DNA of 64,000 nt from Selaginella moellendorffii (lineage: Eukaryota > Plantae > Lycopodiophyta): assembly GCF_000143415.4 (NCBI RefSeq), contig NW_003314275.1, positions 1,555,955-1,619,954 on the forward strand. The letters are read 5' to 3'. Both the position numbers and the translations under genes were made by a program. Shown in pieces: positions 36,080 to 49,071 of the stretch. A model generated the notes under the pieces. That model worked only from the letters and a program-made list of their open reading frames with translations, was not told the DNA's origin and searched no databases. Numbering within the stretch: position 1 is the stretch's first letter; the number at the start of each line of letters is the position of its first letter.

Positions 36080-39000
36080 CTAGAGATCGTCCCAACTGAA
36101 TTCAGCTGATCTCCCCCCATTGGTGTATCGGCTTTGACGCGCGTAAGTGTCGGGCTGCGCGGCGTCGGGGCCATTTTGCCACCGCTGGTACTGATGCGCG
36201 TAGCCACACCACGCATCCCATCGATCTCTCTGCCGTCTATGCGTTCGATCGTAGCGATGGTTCTCAGAGCTTGGATTGTTGGTCGCTCCGCGATTTCTCA
36301 GCTTTCTCAAATCTTCATCGGCATCGTAGCGTGCTCTCTGCGAGAGACCAACTTGACCGTCAAGAACTACAAAGAGAAGAACGATGAAATGGACGAAAAC
36401 TTTACCTTGGCGGGATCTGAAAGGATGGCGTAGGCCTCTCCAATCAGCTTGAACAAGCGCTCAGCGTCATTTCGAATTTCTTCGCCCACGTCCTTTCCAT
36501 CCTCGCCTCCATCAGTGCGCACAACAAATTGTCCTGCCTGTGAAACGATACAACGTTATCCGCGGCTCGTCAAGCATGGTAACTCACCTTATCAGGATGA
36601 TGCCGCAAGGCCAGCTTTCTATACGCTTTCTTTACCTCAGCCGCCGTGCAAGAAGATTCTAATCCCCTGCAAAACCGTTTGCTCGGTTAGTGAATGAAAG
36701 CTTCTTTGCTTCTAAGAGAATGAAAAAGCCACTTACAGAATCAAATAGTGATCGACTGGGTGACTCTTCTTCAAATCTTCCTCGGCACTTGCGAGTCGCT
36801 CGCGCGCCTGCTTAAATTCTTGGTGAGAACTCTCCGTTTCTAAAAGAGAAATCAGCCTCCGCAAGTCGCTACACGCCTGGCCATAGTCCCGAATCAAAGT
36901 ATGCAGCGTTACTCGCCTTGATATAGCCTGCATCAGCACAAGCTCGTTAAAATGGAAAGGAAGCTTCACATGACGAACCTTCACGTATTTTGGATCCAAG
37001 GCTACTGCACGGCTAGAGTCCGCAATTGCATCAGCAATGTGACCCAACGCTTGAGAAGCAGCAGCGCGATTACAAAATAGAACCGCATTGAAAGGTCGAG
37101 CCTCGCTGTTACAGGCCAAAGCAGCTGTATAGTGTTCAACAGCCTCAGTGTGTCTTCCTGCTTGGAATGCTTCGTTCCCAGCCGTCTGAGGAGGAGAAAA
37201 GATTATAAACGACGAAATCTCGAAAGCTACAAATCTTGCCTACCTTATACTGTAAGAGCTGCTGGACAAGGCCAATAAACTGTGACAGCGTCTCTAAATC
37301 CGCCTCTTGTATGTGACTTATTCTGAAATAGAAGGCCAATTAAAACTTGTCTGAAAGAAAAAGAAATTGCATACCTTTCATCTCCAGAAAGCGCTAAAAA
37401 ATCTCCGAGTTTCTGTAAGCACTCAAGCGATTCTTTCAGCCGTCCTACGTAAAACAAAGCCTTGGAAGTTGCCCAAGAACGCCAGATTTTAGGCGACGAC
37501 CCAGGCCGGAATCCACGAACAATTTGAGACTGTTGGGATTGAGTCCAGTTGCGCTCCGCTGACACTAAAGTTTGCTCGCACAATTGGATGACGTCGCTGT
37601 ACATCCGAAGCTGCAATTGTTGCAAACGCTTATTCGGCTGAACGGAGAGAAAGAAGAACAAAAAGTACTTACACCCAGAAGTGAACGAGCTTTCAATTCA
37701 AGAAAAATCTCGGAGTATGGACAGATAAGAAGCGCCTCGTTCAAAATTCTCAATGTGGCCGTATGGTCGTTGGCTGCCAACAATTCCCATGCCCGTTGAA
37801 AGTACTCGTCCGTTTGCTACGCAAGAAAAAACGCATCAGAAAGCTTTCCAGTAACATCCATAATAAAGCTTACTTGAGTTTTCCTAAGACCCTCCGACGC
37901 CTCCAGCGCAATTTTCGAGTCACCACCATCAGAATCTCTTGCACGGTTTAGACAATCTTGGAAAAACGCAAGCGCGGCCTCCGGTTCTCCCAGAGAAAGA
38001 TGGCAACTGCGTGGAGTTAGAAAAACCGGAAACGAAAGAAAGGGACACAAGCAAACGAACCTGCCGGCACGTATCCTAACGCGAAGAAAATTGGGATCCA
38101 CGGCGATTGCTCGCAAGCAATCTCCTAACGCCTCCCTCATCCTACCGACGACCATTCGCGTTGCAGCTCGGTTGCTGTAGCACAGCATTGAGGAGCGAAT
38201 GCAACTCTGCGACGTCTCGCTCGGAAGAACGCTATTGATGCCAAGCGAGTAATATTCCTCAGCTTTTGGAAAGTCCCCGCTCGCGTAAGCTTCATTTCCC
38301 CTGTGCAGGCACTCCAGTAAGATACTGCACACTAGAACTTTCAAAGTAAAACGTACCTTAGTCTCCATTTCTCGCAAGCTTGTTCAACTGCAGCACGGTT
38401 GGCAGGAGTAGCAGACGGCATTGTGGAATCCGCGTTCTGTCCAGCCGCCTGTTTCCAGCCATCACTTTCAATCTTCGCGGTGTCAAGATCCATTCCATGA
38501 ACTTCAAGCCTTGACGTTGATCGAGTCACACCACCTTTGCTTCTGAAACCAGCAGGCTTGGGTGTTCGGCGAGGTCGTCTTCTAGCTGGAGCCGTAGGCG
38601 AGCTTGCTGTGAAAGCAAAAGTCTTGGGGACATTGGTTTCTTTCGACTCATCCGACTGGTTTCCAAGAGTGAGATCAGCAGCCGCATTGCTCAAGTTATC
38701 CACCTCCTCAGACGAGTAAAACTGGAACTGAGAATTCCATGCTTGATCATGTTCCTCAGCTTCACTGTTGTTCCCTGTCATTTGTGGTGACAGGCGAGCT
38801 CCAGTGTCAGGACATGGCGAAAAATCCATAGGCGAGCCTTGCTCATCTGTAGCGGACGTGCTTGAGGAACGAACTCCCCTGCTAGAAAGCTTTCGAACTC
38901 CCTTCTTTCTCCTGATGCTGGGGGTTACTCCTCCGGAAGATCCAAAGACAAAAGTCCCGCCCGAAGTCAGAGGTTTGCTTTCGTCAACTTTTGGATGGGC

Positions 39001-40119
39001 CTGAGCCTGAGCCGAACTAGCGCCGAAGACGAACGAAGGTGGAGGATTTGAGCTTGGAACCGAGTCGCCAGACCCCTTTTCTCCCATTTTCAAGGCAGTG
39101 AGGTCCGCTACTAAAGAATGGGCGTCCTTTGCCGAGTCTCCACGCTCAGGAACCACTGGAACTGCGTTTCGCATGGACGTGAAAACGAAAGTGCTGGACG
39201 ACGGGATCTCTTGACCAGCATCCTCTTCCCGCGCTTCAACTCTCGGGCTACCATGACCCTGTGCCGAGCTTCCATCCTTGTCCAACTCGTTTTCTAGCTT
39301 GGAATCCACCACTGCAGGCTCCTCAACTGTGATTGATGGTTCCCCCGTTTGAAAGTTAGCAGCGTCGGGACTAGCAGCACGCGAATCGAAAGTAAAGGCT
39401 TGATATGGTCTTTCGATCCCCTCGCCGCGAGCAACACCTTTACCTTTGGCTGGATGAGTGCTCTTGCGCAGCTTTGAGAACCGAGGGCGAGGATTTCCAG
39501 TTTGGTGATGAGAAGTCGGTATACCAACAGTGAATGTTGTCGGCTTGGAAGATTCCTTATCTTCTCGAGCTGGAGAGAACTGCTGTTGATCCATGGATGG
39601 AAAACTCGGGGAAGGAAAACTTGGAGGAACTGGAGAGAATTGCTGCTGATCCACTGGAAAAGTTGGAGGAGCTGCTGGATCAATGTGTAGTTCGTGAAGC
39701 ATAGACTCCAGACTCTCTCTGGGTTTCTCACCGTGATTCGCGATCCCGGAGCCAGCAGGGACGCAATCGTCATTGCGATCACCACTTCCAGGACTGCTGC
39801 CAGTGCTCCCGGCGTTAGCAATCGATCCGAAAACAAATACCTCGGGACGATCCTTCGACGTCTCCGAGTCGAGGGTCTCCACCGGAGGCGGTGGAACACT
39901 GACTTGAGACGGAAACCCAAAATCGAAGGGAGACGCCGCCTCCGCTACCTTGTGTAACAAGCCAGCATTCTTCCAGAACAAGCTACCGCTCCTCCCCCAG
40001 ATCGAAGACGATGGATTGCCATTGTAGAACGAGCCTGGCTGCTGGACGATCCCTCCTCCCCCTCCCTCGCGCGATTCACTCTCCCGGCTCTGGCTCCGCG
40101 ACTCCAGCAAGATCGACAT
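36080..40119 (-). CDS. TPR-repeat DnaJ co-chaperone (DNAJC7-like; Arabidopsis TPR15/TPR16 type), multi-exon
   Basis: ACEKWRLRGNEAY..G....AEEYY, YSNRAATR, GNEAFQAGRH.EAVEHY, FCNRAAA; J-domain KKAYRKAALRHHPDK..RLFKLIGEAYAILSDP; long disordered N-terminus. Confidence 0.92.
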
Positions 40120-40883
40120 GAAAGGAATCCCTCGATGCGCCTAGTCGATCGGCATCACCTAGCTGCGATGCGATCGAAAATGGGGAGAGGAGACTGAGCT
40201 GCGACAAGCCCTAAATTCACCACAAACCCTAAAAATGCCATGGCTTTTTACCCTTGCCACATCCGTCCGATCGAGATCCACGTGGCACGTTTATACCCGT
40301 TGCTTAAGTTTTAATTGATATTTTTCTCTCGTTCTTTTTTGTCTCGAGGAAGAGAAGAACACGGAGCGCCTGGCGAGCAGGGAAGCGCTTGCTCGCGTTT
40401 TGGAGATTTTCTCGCGGTGTTGTCGCAGCGCTGGCTGATGATCCGAGCAGCGCGCGCAAGCTTTTGCTAGATTGATCCTGGGAGGGAGCTAAGCAGCGGC
40501 TGTGAAGAATTCAGCTCTTTCTTCCCAGATATTTGGAGCGCCGGCCGCCGGGATGAAGTCTTGCGCGGCCATTTCTCGCGCAGGGGCCGGATTCTTGCTT
40601 AGATTTCGAGGAATAGTCGGGAAATAGTCCGAGAAAGAGCAGGGTTTACGCTTCCTTGGCAGCAATCGGGCAGCGCGCACAGGGCAATGTCGAAATTTCT
40701 GGCTGCCGGATGGCTACAGCCCGAGCAGGACACCGGGTGATCTTAGAAGCGTGGCGAGGAAGCGATGAGAGAGCTCCTCTCCTCGTTAGGTTCTCCAAGG
40801 ATAGATAGGCTTTCTTAGCCTAGGGTCTCTTTCTTTTCGAGGGAATTTGGAGGATCAGTCCGTCCGAGAGGGATCTTTGGGCA

Positions 40884-43658
40884 ATGTCCGAGACGAGGAA
40901 GCGGCCGACGCGAGCTTGCACGGCGAGAACGCCCTCGAGGCTAGCTCCATTGGCTCCCGCGGTAGAGCGGCCACCTCCACAGCTCAAGAAGCAAGACGAT
41001 CAGCCGGCCCCGCTCGTCTTCTCCAATCCACTCTCGTTAGTGCCGGAGCAGAAGGATCTTCACGAGCTAAGGCGTATGTGGGAGCTTGCGTCGATCATCA
41101 ACTTCTTCAATGTAAGTTCTTCTTTTTTTGTTTGTATGACCATGGCTTGTTTCAATTCAGACCTTTCGACCAATTTTGAAACTGGTAGAGTTCTCGGCCG
41201 AGGAACTGGAGACCGCTCTCCTTACGTGCAACGATCTACTCATGGACATCCACACTGCGCTGCTCAAGGTAATGTCTAGAAACAAGCTGAGTTTCTAGCT
41301 TTCTTACTTTCAGCTCGCAGGGAATCCACCCTCCTTCTCGGGTTCCTCTAAATCGCGATAGCTGGGTCACAGTTCTATACAAGAAGCTCAAGGACAGGTG
41401 GTCGAAGGTAACACACGCTCTAATACGTTTTACAGCTCTCTTTGGTAACCGCTGGCTAAACAGGTAGCCGAGCCTCCATTCCCTCTTGCGGAATCCCATG
41501 GGTGAGTCTTACTATAGATTTCATACCTGTCTGATAGCGTTAACTTCAGGAGCGAGGCTGAAACTTATAGCGGATTTGATCCATCAACAAGATTGATCAT
41601 CTTAAGAGCATTGTGTGAAGTTCGTCTTGACGTACGTAATGCTGTTTCTAGTATTTCCAGGCAGACTTATTTTACATGTGCAGCAAGATGATGTTCGGGC
41701 GCATATGGAAGAGCCTGTGAAGAAGGGATACTTGTCCCTCTTTCGTAAGGAGCGCGCAGGCTCAAACTTACTTGGAACTACGTACTGGTATTTGACGGCT
41801 ATATCTTTTCTGTTTGTTTGTTGGCTGACTCTTGATCGCTAGGTGCGAAAACAATCCAATATCAGGTTATAGACTTTACAGAGATATACCAACACCCAAG
41901 GGAAAGGAGTTCAAAGGACGCACCGCGTCGCCTCCTCCTCCCGGTCAGTGGGAAACATTGGCAAGCAACTTCGATGAATTTCAGTCGGTTGCTGTATGTC
42001 TTTCTACAACTCATGAGACAGGACTAATTCATTTTCAAATGCAGGACACGCTTTTGTCTAGCAAGTTCAAGCAAGAAATCGGTCTAGGAAAAAGACTAAA
42101 ACAAGACATCCTACCCGTTTTAGAGGCCGTTGAGAAGGTGCAAAACTTATTCGCAATGTTATGTTCAGCCTATGGTTCTTATTTTGCAGAAGAAGGTCAG
42201 GGACTTGAAACGAAAACAAAGACAGGCAAAATTACTGGTGACCACGCTTGAACATAATCTAGACAGTGGCCGGGCTAAGCGCGATCGTAAACCCGTCAAC
42301 TACACATTTCGTACGACATCCTTAGTTCTTTTTTATATTACTCTTATCTTTTTCATGTCTGCGTGCAGCTGAATATGATCGATCTATCAACGAGGCAATC
42401 AAATCTACAAGGTACCTACGCGATACTGTTTCACTACACTTCAGCTTCCAAACACCTTGCAGGAAGCCCGAACGAGCTGCAGAGTTGGCAAATGGCCATT
42501 CAACTGTAGCAAACGGTCATGGGAGTCATCCGGAGAAACGCGTACGCAAAGAACGAGTAAATGATGGTGATCAAACGGGACTTAGCCCCTGTGATCTCTC
42601 GAACAATCACGCCCCCTTCGATCCTCGTGAAGACGACAATTATCGTGAGCTTTCGGAGGAGCCAGCAACCTCGAATGATTCCGCAGCCTCAGACGATGCT
42701 GGAACTTCATTTCGAAAGAAGATTAAACCGAGGTATCTTTCATACTGGCTTTAAGTAGAAGATAACAATTGCTGATTCTAGGAGCCGGCAACGACGTAGA
42801 TCTCAACGTTACTGTGGTAAAGACTACGTGGACGCTGCTTACACGGAGGAGGATGATTTATATAGTGATGACGAGATTGAGGGAGAAGCCATTTACGACG
42901 ACGATTTTGTACGGCGCAGAGAACGAAAACGGAAAAGAGGTGACACAAGCTCTGTAGAGGACGAGGAATACAGAGGCGATGACCATGAAGACGTAGACGA
43001 CGACGACGACGACGATGTAGCAGTTAGTTATAGCGAGGAAGAGGAGGAGCTGGAACAGCAAGAGGAGAAGCAAGAATTCTTGGTTAGATCGATGCGACGT
43101 GCGAGGAGACCAAAACGGGTGGCAGACACTGGCCTGCGGCGAAGCAAACGAGCCACGAGAAGCAAGGTGAACTACAACGCTTATGAGCACAGTGAAGAGG
43201 AGGAAGACGAGGAAGACGAAGAAGAAGAACAAGCTTATACCGCCAAGAAAGCAGCGGGAGGAAATGGGGAACTTAAAGCAAGCCCGAGTAGCATAGACGA
43301 CGCAGATTACAGCATGGAATCCGCTGGTTCTCTGCACAGCAGTGGTGGAACTTCGGATACAGGAAACCAAGTTATAGGAGACGAAGAAACGGGACAAAAA
43401 CAGGCAGAGGTGGGAGAGGACGGAGAACAAGATGATACAAAAGAAGAAGATAAAGAAGAAGGTGATGATGGTGAAGACGAGGAGGAAAACACACAAGGTG
43501 GCTGGAGTCACGTAAACGGTGATGGGGAAGAGGACGAGGATGAAAGGGGAAAGCAGCTACGGTTCTTTGATCTAAACGAGTGCGCTCCGGCCGATTCTCC
43601 TCGGGACTGGATGAAGGGCGGGTTTCTGGATGGAAGTCAGGAAGCGGAGATTGGCTAA
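40884..43658 (+). CDS. DDR4: DDT domain-containing protein, DDR4-like, multi-exon
   Basis: LRRMWELASIINFFNV, EFSAEELETAL, DIHTALLKGI.P.SRV.L....WVTVL..KL, LRALCEVR, FRKER.G, GYRLYR, WETLASNFDEF; acidic tail ending in FDLNECAP (DLNxxP EAR-like). Confidence 0.88.
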
Positions 43659-43729
43659 GAAGGAAACGCTGGACTGGCTGCTCGACCGCTTCTCTAAGAA
43701 GGAAAAGCTGGACTGCTCGACCGCTTCTC
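43655..43729 (+). repeat. ~39/35-bp tandem duplication spanning the DDR4 stop codon
   Basis: ctaagaaggaaa(c/a)gctggactg(gctg)ctcgaccgcttct x2. Confidence 0.8.
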
Positions 43730-44529
43730 GATCGATTCCGACACAGATTATTCAGCAAAATCGCATCACTCGGGATGATGAGAACGAGTAACCAGTGTGT
43801 ATAGCTGGTGTCCTTTTTTTTTTGGCGTTGGAAGGAAAAAGATTCTATTTATTTTCTCACAGCTGCATTCCTGTCGAACGTAAAGGTATAGAAGTGTACA
43901 CATTTAGGCATCTTCTCTCTCTTTCTCCAGGCAAGAACAACACTACTAAATTATTTTTAAACATGAGTTTAACACTTCTATTAAGTATTTGTTTTAAGCT
44001 TTAGTGCACTCTACATTCCTAGCATAGCATGAAGGCTAATCAAATTGTTTTAGCAATATGTCCTGGGTATTCCAACCTTGGGGAAGATCCTAAGCAACTC
44101 ACTCTAAGTTTATACTGTTCTTTAGCTAGGAATGAAAACAAAAAGTTGTCAAATTGTAATTATAGTTGTACTACGAGCTTAGTAGCAAGAGAAGATGGAG
44201 GGAAATAACCTAATCTAAGAGGTGATGAGCAACTATCCCTTCCTAGCTTATGTTTATCCTCTTTGATAATCAAAGAGAATAAGTATTGAAGTTTTAAGAT
44301 GTAAGTAGCAAACAAGTAATACTTTGAGAAATAAGTTAATTATAAAGGAAAAATATATTAATAGTGCACTTCTTTTTTAATCGATTAAAAGCTTTACGAT
44401 ATTTGGGGTTAAGCATTCTTGACTAAAATGGGTGACCTTTCAATAAATTTGAATTTAGGAGCTAAAATTAACAAATCTTTCACCATACTAATCTTAATAT
44501 TATTGAAGATGATAATATCTACCTATAAA

Positions 44530-44534
<5 letters not shown>

Positions 44535-44571
<37 letters not shown>
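44535..44571. repeat. (TA)n microsatellite
   Basis: Uninterrupted TA run. Confidence 0.95.
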
Positions 44572-44575
<4 letters not shown>

Positions 44576-44627
44576 AATTTGGTAATTTTGGCACCAAATA
44601 GAAAGACATTTAGTCCCCTCCGGGGCT

Positions 44628-44727
44628 NNNNNNNNNNNNNNNNNNNNNNNNNNNNNNNNNNNNNNNNNNNNNNNNNNNNNNNNNNNNNNNNNNNNNNNNN
44701 NNNNNNNNNNNNNNNNNNNNNNNNNNN
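44628..44727. other. Assembly gap (100 N)
   Basis: Run of exactly 100 N. Confidence 0.99.
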
Positions 44728-45410
44728 CACTAATAGTAACAAAATTACCTCCACACTAGTAATAGAAAAAATATACATAAAGCTTATAATATATCAATTT
44801 TAAGGCTGCTAGAAAAAATAATCCTTATACTAAGGTTTAAGCAAAAAAATGAAAAAAGTAAACTCTTAAACTTGGATATTTAAGGATAAGGATTTTTAAC
44901 TTTATATATCCCAAGATCTTTAACCAATTGGAAATGAAGTGCATTTTTATTTATAAGCATTTTCTCTATAAAGATGTTTAATTTCATGTATCCCAAATCC
45001 TTTAGCTAATTAAAAAAATATTAATGAATTATTTTTTAAATTGTTCTTTTTAATTGCACACAATTTATCATGTTTGGACCTATGGTGTAAGCTAATGCTA
45101 AAACTATTTTAACAATTTCAAAATTATTAACTAAATTGCTACAACAAAATAAGCACATAAGAAAACAAAAAGAAGTAATAAAAAAGGCTATAAGGAAAAA
45201 AAGAAGCAACAATAAAAAAGAAATAAATAATAGCTATCAAGAAAAATAAGAGGGAAAATAATAATAGCTAAAACATTTGAAGTGATAAAAAAGGAAAAAT
45301 TTAAAAAATTTAAAAACAAAAAAGATAGAGAAGGAAGAGAAAACAATAAGAAAGAAAAAATATAAAAGAAAGAATAATAAAGTTCTAAAATCTTCAATCT
45401 TTTTTTTTAT

Positions 45411-46174
45411 ATATTTAAACTTTTATGAATCATGATTTAAATTATTCTTTTTAATTACTTACAATCCATTACACTGCCTTATAAGTTTACGTTTTTGTGA
45501 ATAGAAGTTAAATGCAATCATCCTTTCGAAAGTTTAAACAATTCATCCCATAAACATTTAGCCCTAAAATAACATTATTTAATTTTATAAAGGTAGGATT
45601 TGCAGTTTTGACGCCTTTAAGTTTTTTAGTTGCCTTTGCATTTGGGCTAGGATCTCCTCCAGAAGGATTTTCTGCACAATAATTTAACATTAAAAGTTTA
45701 AAATATTTTATAATACCTTGTGTCGGGTTTCTTCATGTATGTGGATAATCATAAAATTAATTTAACATAAATTTCAAAATAATTATCATTATTTAATGAT
45801 TTTGAAAAAGAAAGTTTTATATTGTGAGTATATAAAATATTTCATAATTATCAAAATCCCACTACACTAATAATAACATATATCTTTATATTTATACATC
45901 TAAATTTTATATCATCCCATCCTCTCAAAAAGATGAAAAGTATTTATAATTTTTTTTATTAATGTATTATATCTATAAAAGTATCATGAATGATTATAAA
46001 AAGGAGTGCATTTTTGTTCATAGACTTTTTTCCTTTATATTTAAACTTTTATAAATCATGATTTAAATCATTCTTTTTAATTACTTACAATCCATTACAC
46101 CTCCTTACAAGTTTACACTTTTTTTAATAAAAGTTAAATGCAATCATCCCTTTGAAAGTTTAAACAATTTATCC
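45411..46174 (+). repeat. Diverged ~140-bp direct repeat pair (about 45411-45548 and 46037-46174) in an AT-rich island
   Basis: atatttaaacttt..atcatgatttaaat.attctttttaattacttacaatccattacac..aagttaaatgcaatcatcc.tt.gaaagtttaaacaatt occurs twice, ~626 bp apart. Confidence 0.85.
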
Positions 46175-47056
46175 TATCAAATCATTTATCTTTGAATGGT
46201 AAACACTTGCAAAAATATAATATATCCCCAACCAAAGTGTTAATATGTGAAATGTATTAATTATAAATACAGAAAAATTGTCCGAAAGAACCCTAGAATG
46301 TATAGTTAAATTTCTTTTATGGGAATTTTGAAGATTATGTGTATTATTGGTTTAATCACTTTATAAAACTACTACTTACCATTCTTAGATAATACCTGGG
46401 GTTTACATAAGTTTCCCACATATTTAATGGGATAATATTATAGTAGTATAATGGTATTTCTTCTTAAATCGAATAATATTCCAATATTTTTCTAATGCAA
46501 AGATTTATAATAAAAGTTGAAAGGGCTATACCACATGTTATAAATGCTACCATAATTAAGTCTAATTATTTAATTATAACTATATACAATTGAGGAATTA
46601 TAGTAATTGTTGCTCCACAATCAAAACAAGCTACTACAAAGGTAGTATGCTACTCTAGAAGAAAAATGTCAAAAAAAAAGAAATGGAAAAATTATAAAAA
46701 TAAAAAAAATCTAAATAATATGAAAAATTACATTTAAACTAAAATTACAAATTTAAGCAGTCCTCAAAAATAATTACCTTTATCTACATTAATGTGATTG
46801 GATGAAATATATATATATATTTCTAAGATCTTTCTTCATTTGAATTCTTCTGCCATAAAAATATATCAGCATGTTAATTTTGGTTTTCTTACCATTTTTT
46901 ACCATGTTATACACTTGTATATATATCACAATAATATATTCAACCACGATCTTACTTCATTGGTGGTAAAAAATTAAAATTAACATGCTAATATATTTTT
47001 ATGGCAGAAGAATTCAAAGGTAGAAAATCTTGTCCCAATTGGATCTCAGTCTTAGA

Positions 47057-47953
47057 TCATTTTCTGGTAAGAATAGGAAGAAGAATGACGAGGAGGATGA
47101 TAATGAGAAGGATTATCCCAATGCACGTCCACTTGCGGCTTCTCCTCTGCGATCTCTTGGCCTTGACCAGCTGCTGTGTTCCTCGATCCACAAAAGACGC
47201 TGCCTTGTTGACGTGCTCCTCGATTGTATTGAGCTGCGCGCCTTGTGCGTCCACTAGCGTCGCCAGATCCTGGAAGATCTGCTGTAGCTCTCTCAAATTC
47301 CTCTCCACTTCCACCACGGCATCGTGCCGCTCCTGAATCTCCTGGATCGTGTCCAGAATCTGCCCCCTCCCCTGCTCCTGGATAGCCTTCCGCAAGAAAT
47401 TCTCGCTCTCCCCAGTCTGGATCATCCGCTCGATCACTTCCTGGCTCGCCTGCTCGCCCGTCACGGTAAAGTAGCGGCGCTCGATCGTCCCGCGGTACTC
47501 GCTGCTCATCCTCTCCCGCAAGTTCGCTAAATCGGCCATGAGGTCGCGGAGCTTGATCCGGAGGCTGTTGGTGATGGACATCCTGGTTCGATCGGTGGAC
47601 GACCCCTCCTCGCAGCCCTTCACCTTCCTGTTGGCCAGATTGCTCGCGTCCAGCGCCTCGAGCTTGGATTTGATGCCGCGCCCGTTCTTGAGCACCAGGG
47701 AGACGTGCTCGTCCATGCGCGACCGGAGCTCTCTCATGGCTCCCGGCTTGTGGACGCTCTTGCTCGACTCATTGTCCTCGTTGAGCTTGAGGAGGAGCTC
47801 CTGGATCGCGTCCATGGCGTCCTTGATCTTGCTCACCTCCTCGAAAAAGCCCACCAGGCTCTTCTCCGAGTTGTGGACCGCCATCTCCACGTCCAAGGGG
47901 TTGGCCTCCATGTCGGATCCCCGAGGGAAGGAACTCGATAGCAAATTATTCAT
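47057..47953 (-). CDS. SYP1-family Qa-SNARE (plasma-membrane syntaxin), intronless
   Basis: MNNLLS.SF, GCEEGSSTDRTR, IERRYFTVTG, SNARE motif EIQERHDAV..VERNL.ELQQIFQDLA.LV.AQG, C-terminal TM anchor. Confidence 0.95.
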   Translation of the reverse strand: MNNLLSSSFPRGSDMEANPLDVEMAVHNSEKSLVGFFEEVSKIKDAMDAIQELLLKLNEDNESSKSVHKPGAMRELRSRMDEHVSLVLKNGRGIKSKLEALDASNLANRKVKGCEEGSSTDRTRMSITNSLRIKLRDLMADLANLRERMSSEYRGTIERRYFTVTGEQASQEVIERMIQTGESENFLRKAIQEQGRGQILDTIQEIQERHDAVVEVERNLRELQQIFQDLATLVDAQGAQLNTIEEHVNKAASFVDRGTQQLVKAKRSQRRSRKWTCIGIILLIIILLVILLPILTRK

Positions 47954-48340
47954 CCCTTACGTTTCCAATCGCCGCATTGATCGATTGATCGATAATCTTT
48001 TGAGACTTTTCCTCTCTACCTGTATCAGCGCCCTTCCTTTCTCCTCCCCACGAAGAACTTTTCCAGATAGAGACGAAGAACCCTTTAGAATATTCGCATC
48101 ATTTACTATTCCTCGTTACTATTTGTTTTTTCCGGAAGTCGTCTTGCAAGACTTTTATTTTCTGATCTTGCCAAGGTACTTCCAGAAGATTTCGTAAGAA
48201 ACAGCTAAAACCGACATAACCTTTGGAACAGGGGAATAAACACAAGAATTACTCCGCAAACGATATAAGAGCGAAAACATCGAAAAATCTCTCAATTACA
48301 AACCTCGTGGTTAACAATTTCTGTTTTCGACAATGCTTTG

Positions 48341-49002
48341 CTAGTCAGTCTTGTGTTGTTGAGCTAGTCGAGCTTTGTGCTTAAGCTCCGCTCGTTTCCA
48401 CTTCACCATCAGCCTTACCATCTGCAAGAGACTATTCACCTGCAAGCAAAAAAAAAAAAAAAGAAACGATCAGAGATGAAAGAAAGAAAGAGATTTGGAT
48501 TTGGAAGAGGCTCTCACCAGAATCACCATTGATGTCACAAGCAGCGGGCCGGACCACAGAGTGGAGATGAACACGCCGCGCTTGTCAAAGTAAGGCTGCC
48601 GAGAAAACTTCTGCCAGTGGCGAGCCAGGAAAGAATTGATCGTTTGCGCAAGGTAGATTCCAAACACTGGGAGAAGTTGCGAAAATGGATCAAACGAAAC
48701 AATGCGAGATCGAAAGAAAAGGTTTTTTTCTCACTCGAGAGGAAGAAGATGGCCATTTGCAAATCGGTGTTTCTCCTTGTCCATAGAATAAACACGAGAA
48801 GAAACAAATGAAAGGCCACTAGCGCACCAATCCAAGGCTCCTGTAAGCCCAAAGTCTAGAGAGAAAAATCAAAGACTAGAATCTCTCTTACAGTCCAATC
48901 CACGGCGTGAACGAAGGCGAGCACCGGCTCGACGAATCCCCGCGGAGAAGACGAGCGAAACTTCCCCAAGATCTCCTCGAGCGCTTCCACTAAAACCTCC
49001 AT
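48341..49002 (-). CDS. TMEM18: Transmembrane protein 18 homolog (4 exons)
   Basis: AFVHAVDWT|EPWI..L..FH, LARHWQKFSRQPYFDKRGVFISTLWSGPLL, MVKWKRAELKHKAR. Confidence 0.9.
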
Positions 49003-49071
49003 TGCCGTTAAGCCCTAAATTCTAGACACATTTTTAGGGTTCTTGGGGGTTCTTGAGGAGAATTACACAGT

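Noticed and set aside
14231-43658. Two DDT-domain genes (PTM-like and DDR4) as a functional cluster
   Set aside because: They are about 22 kb apart, belong to different subfamilies and have unrelated genes between them; chance is sufficient
44728-44770. CACTA motifs after the gap as a CACTA transposon end
   Set aside because: No matching inverted terminus or target-site duplication could be identified
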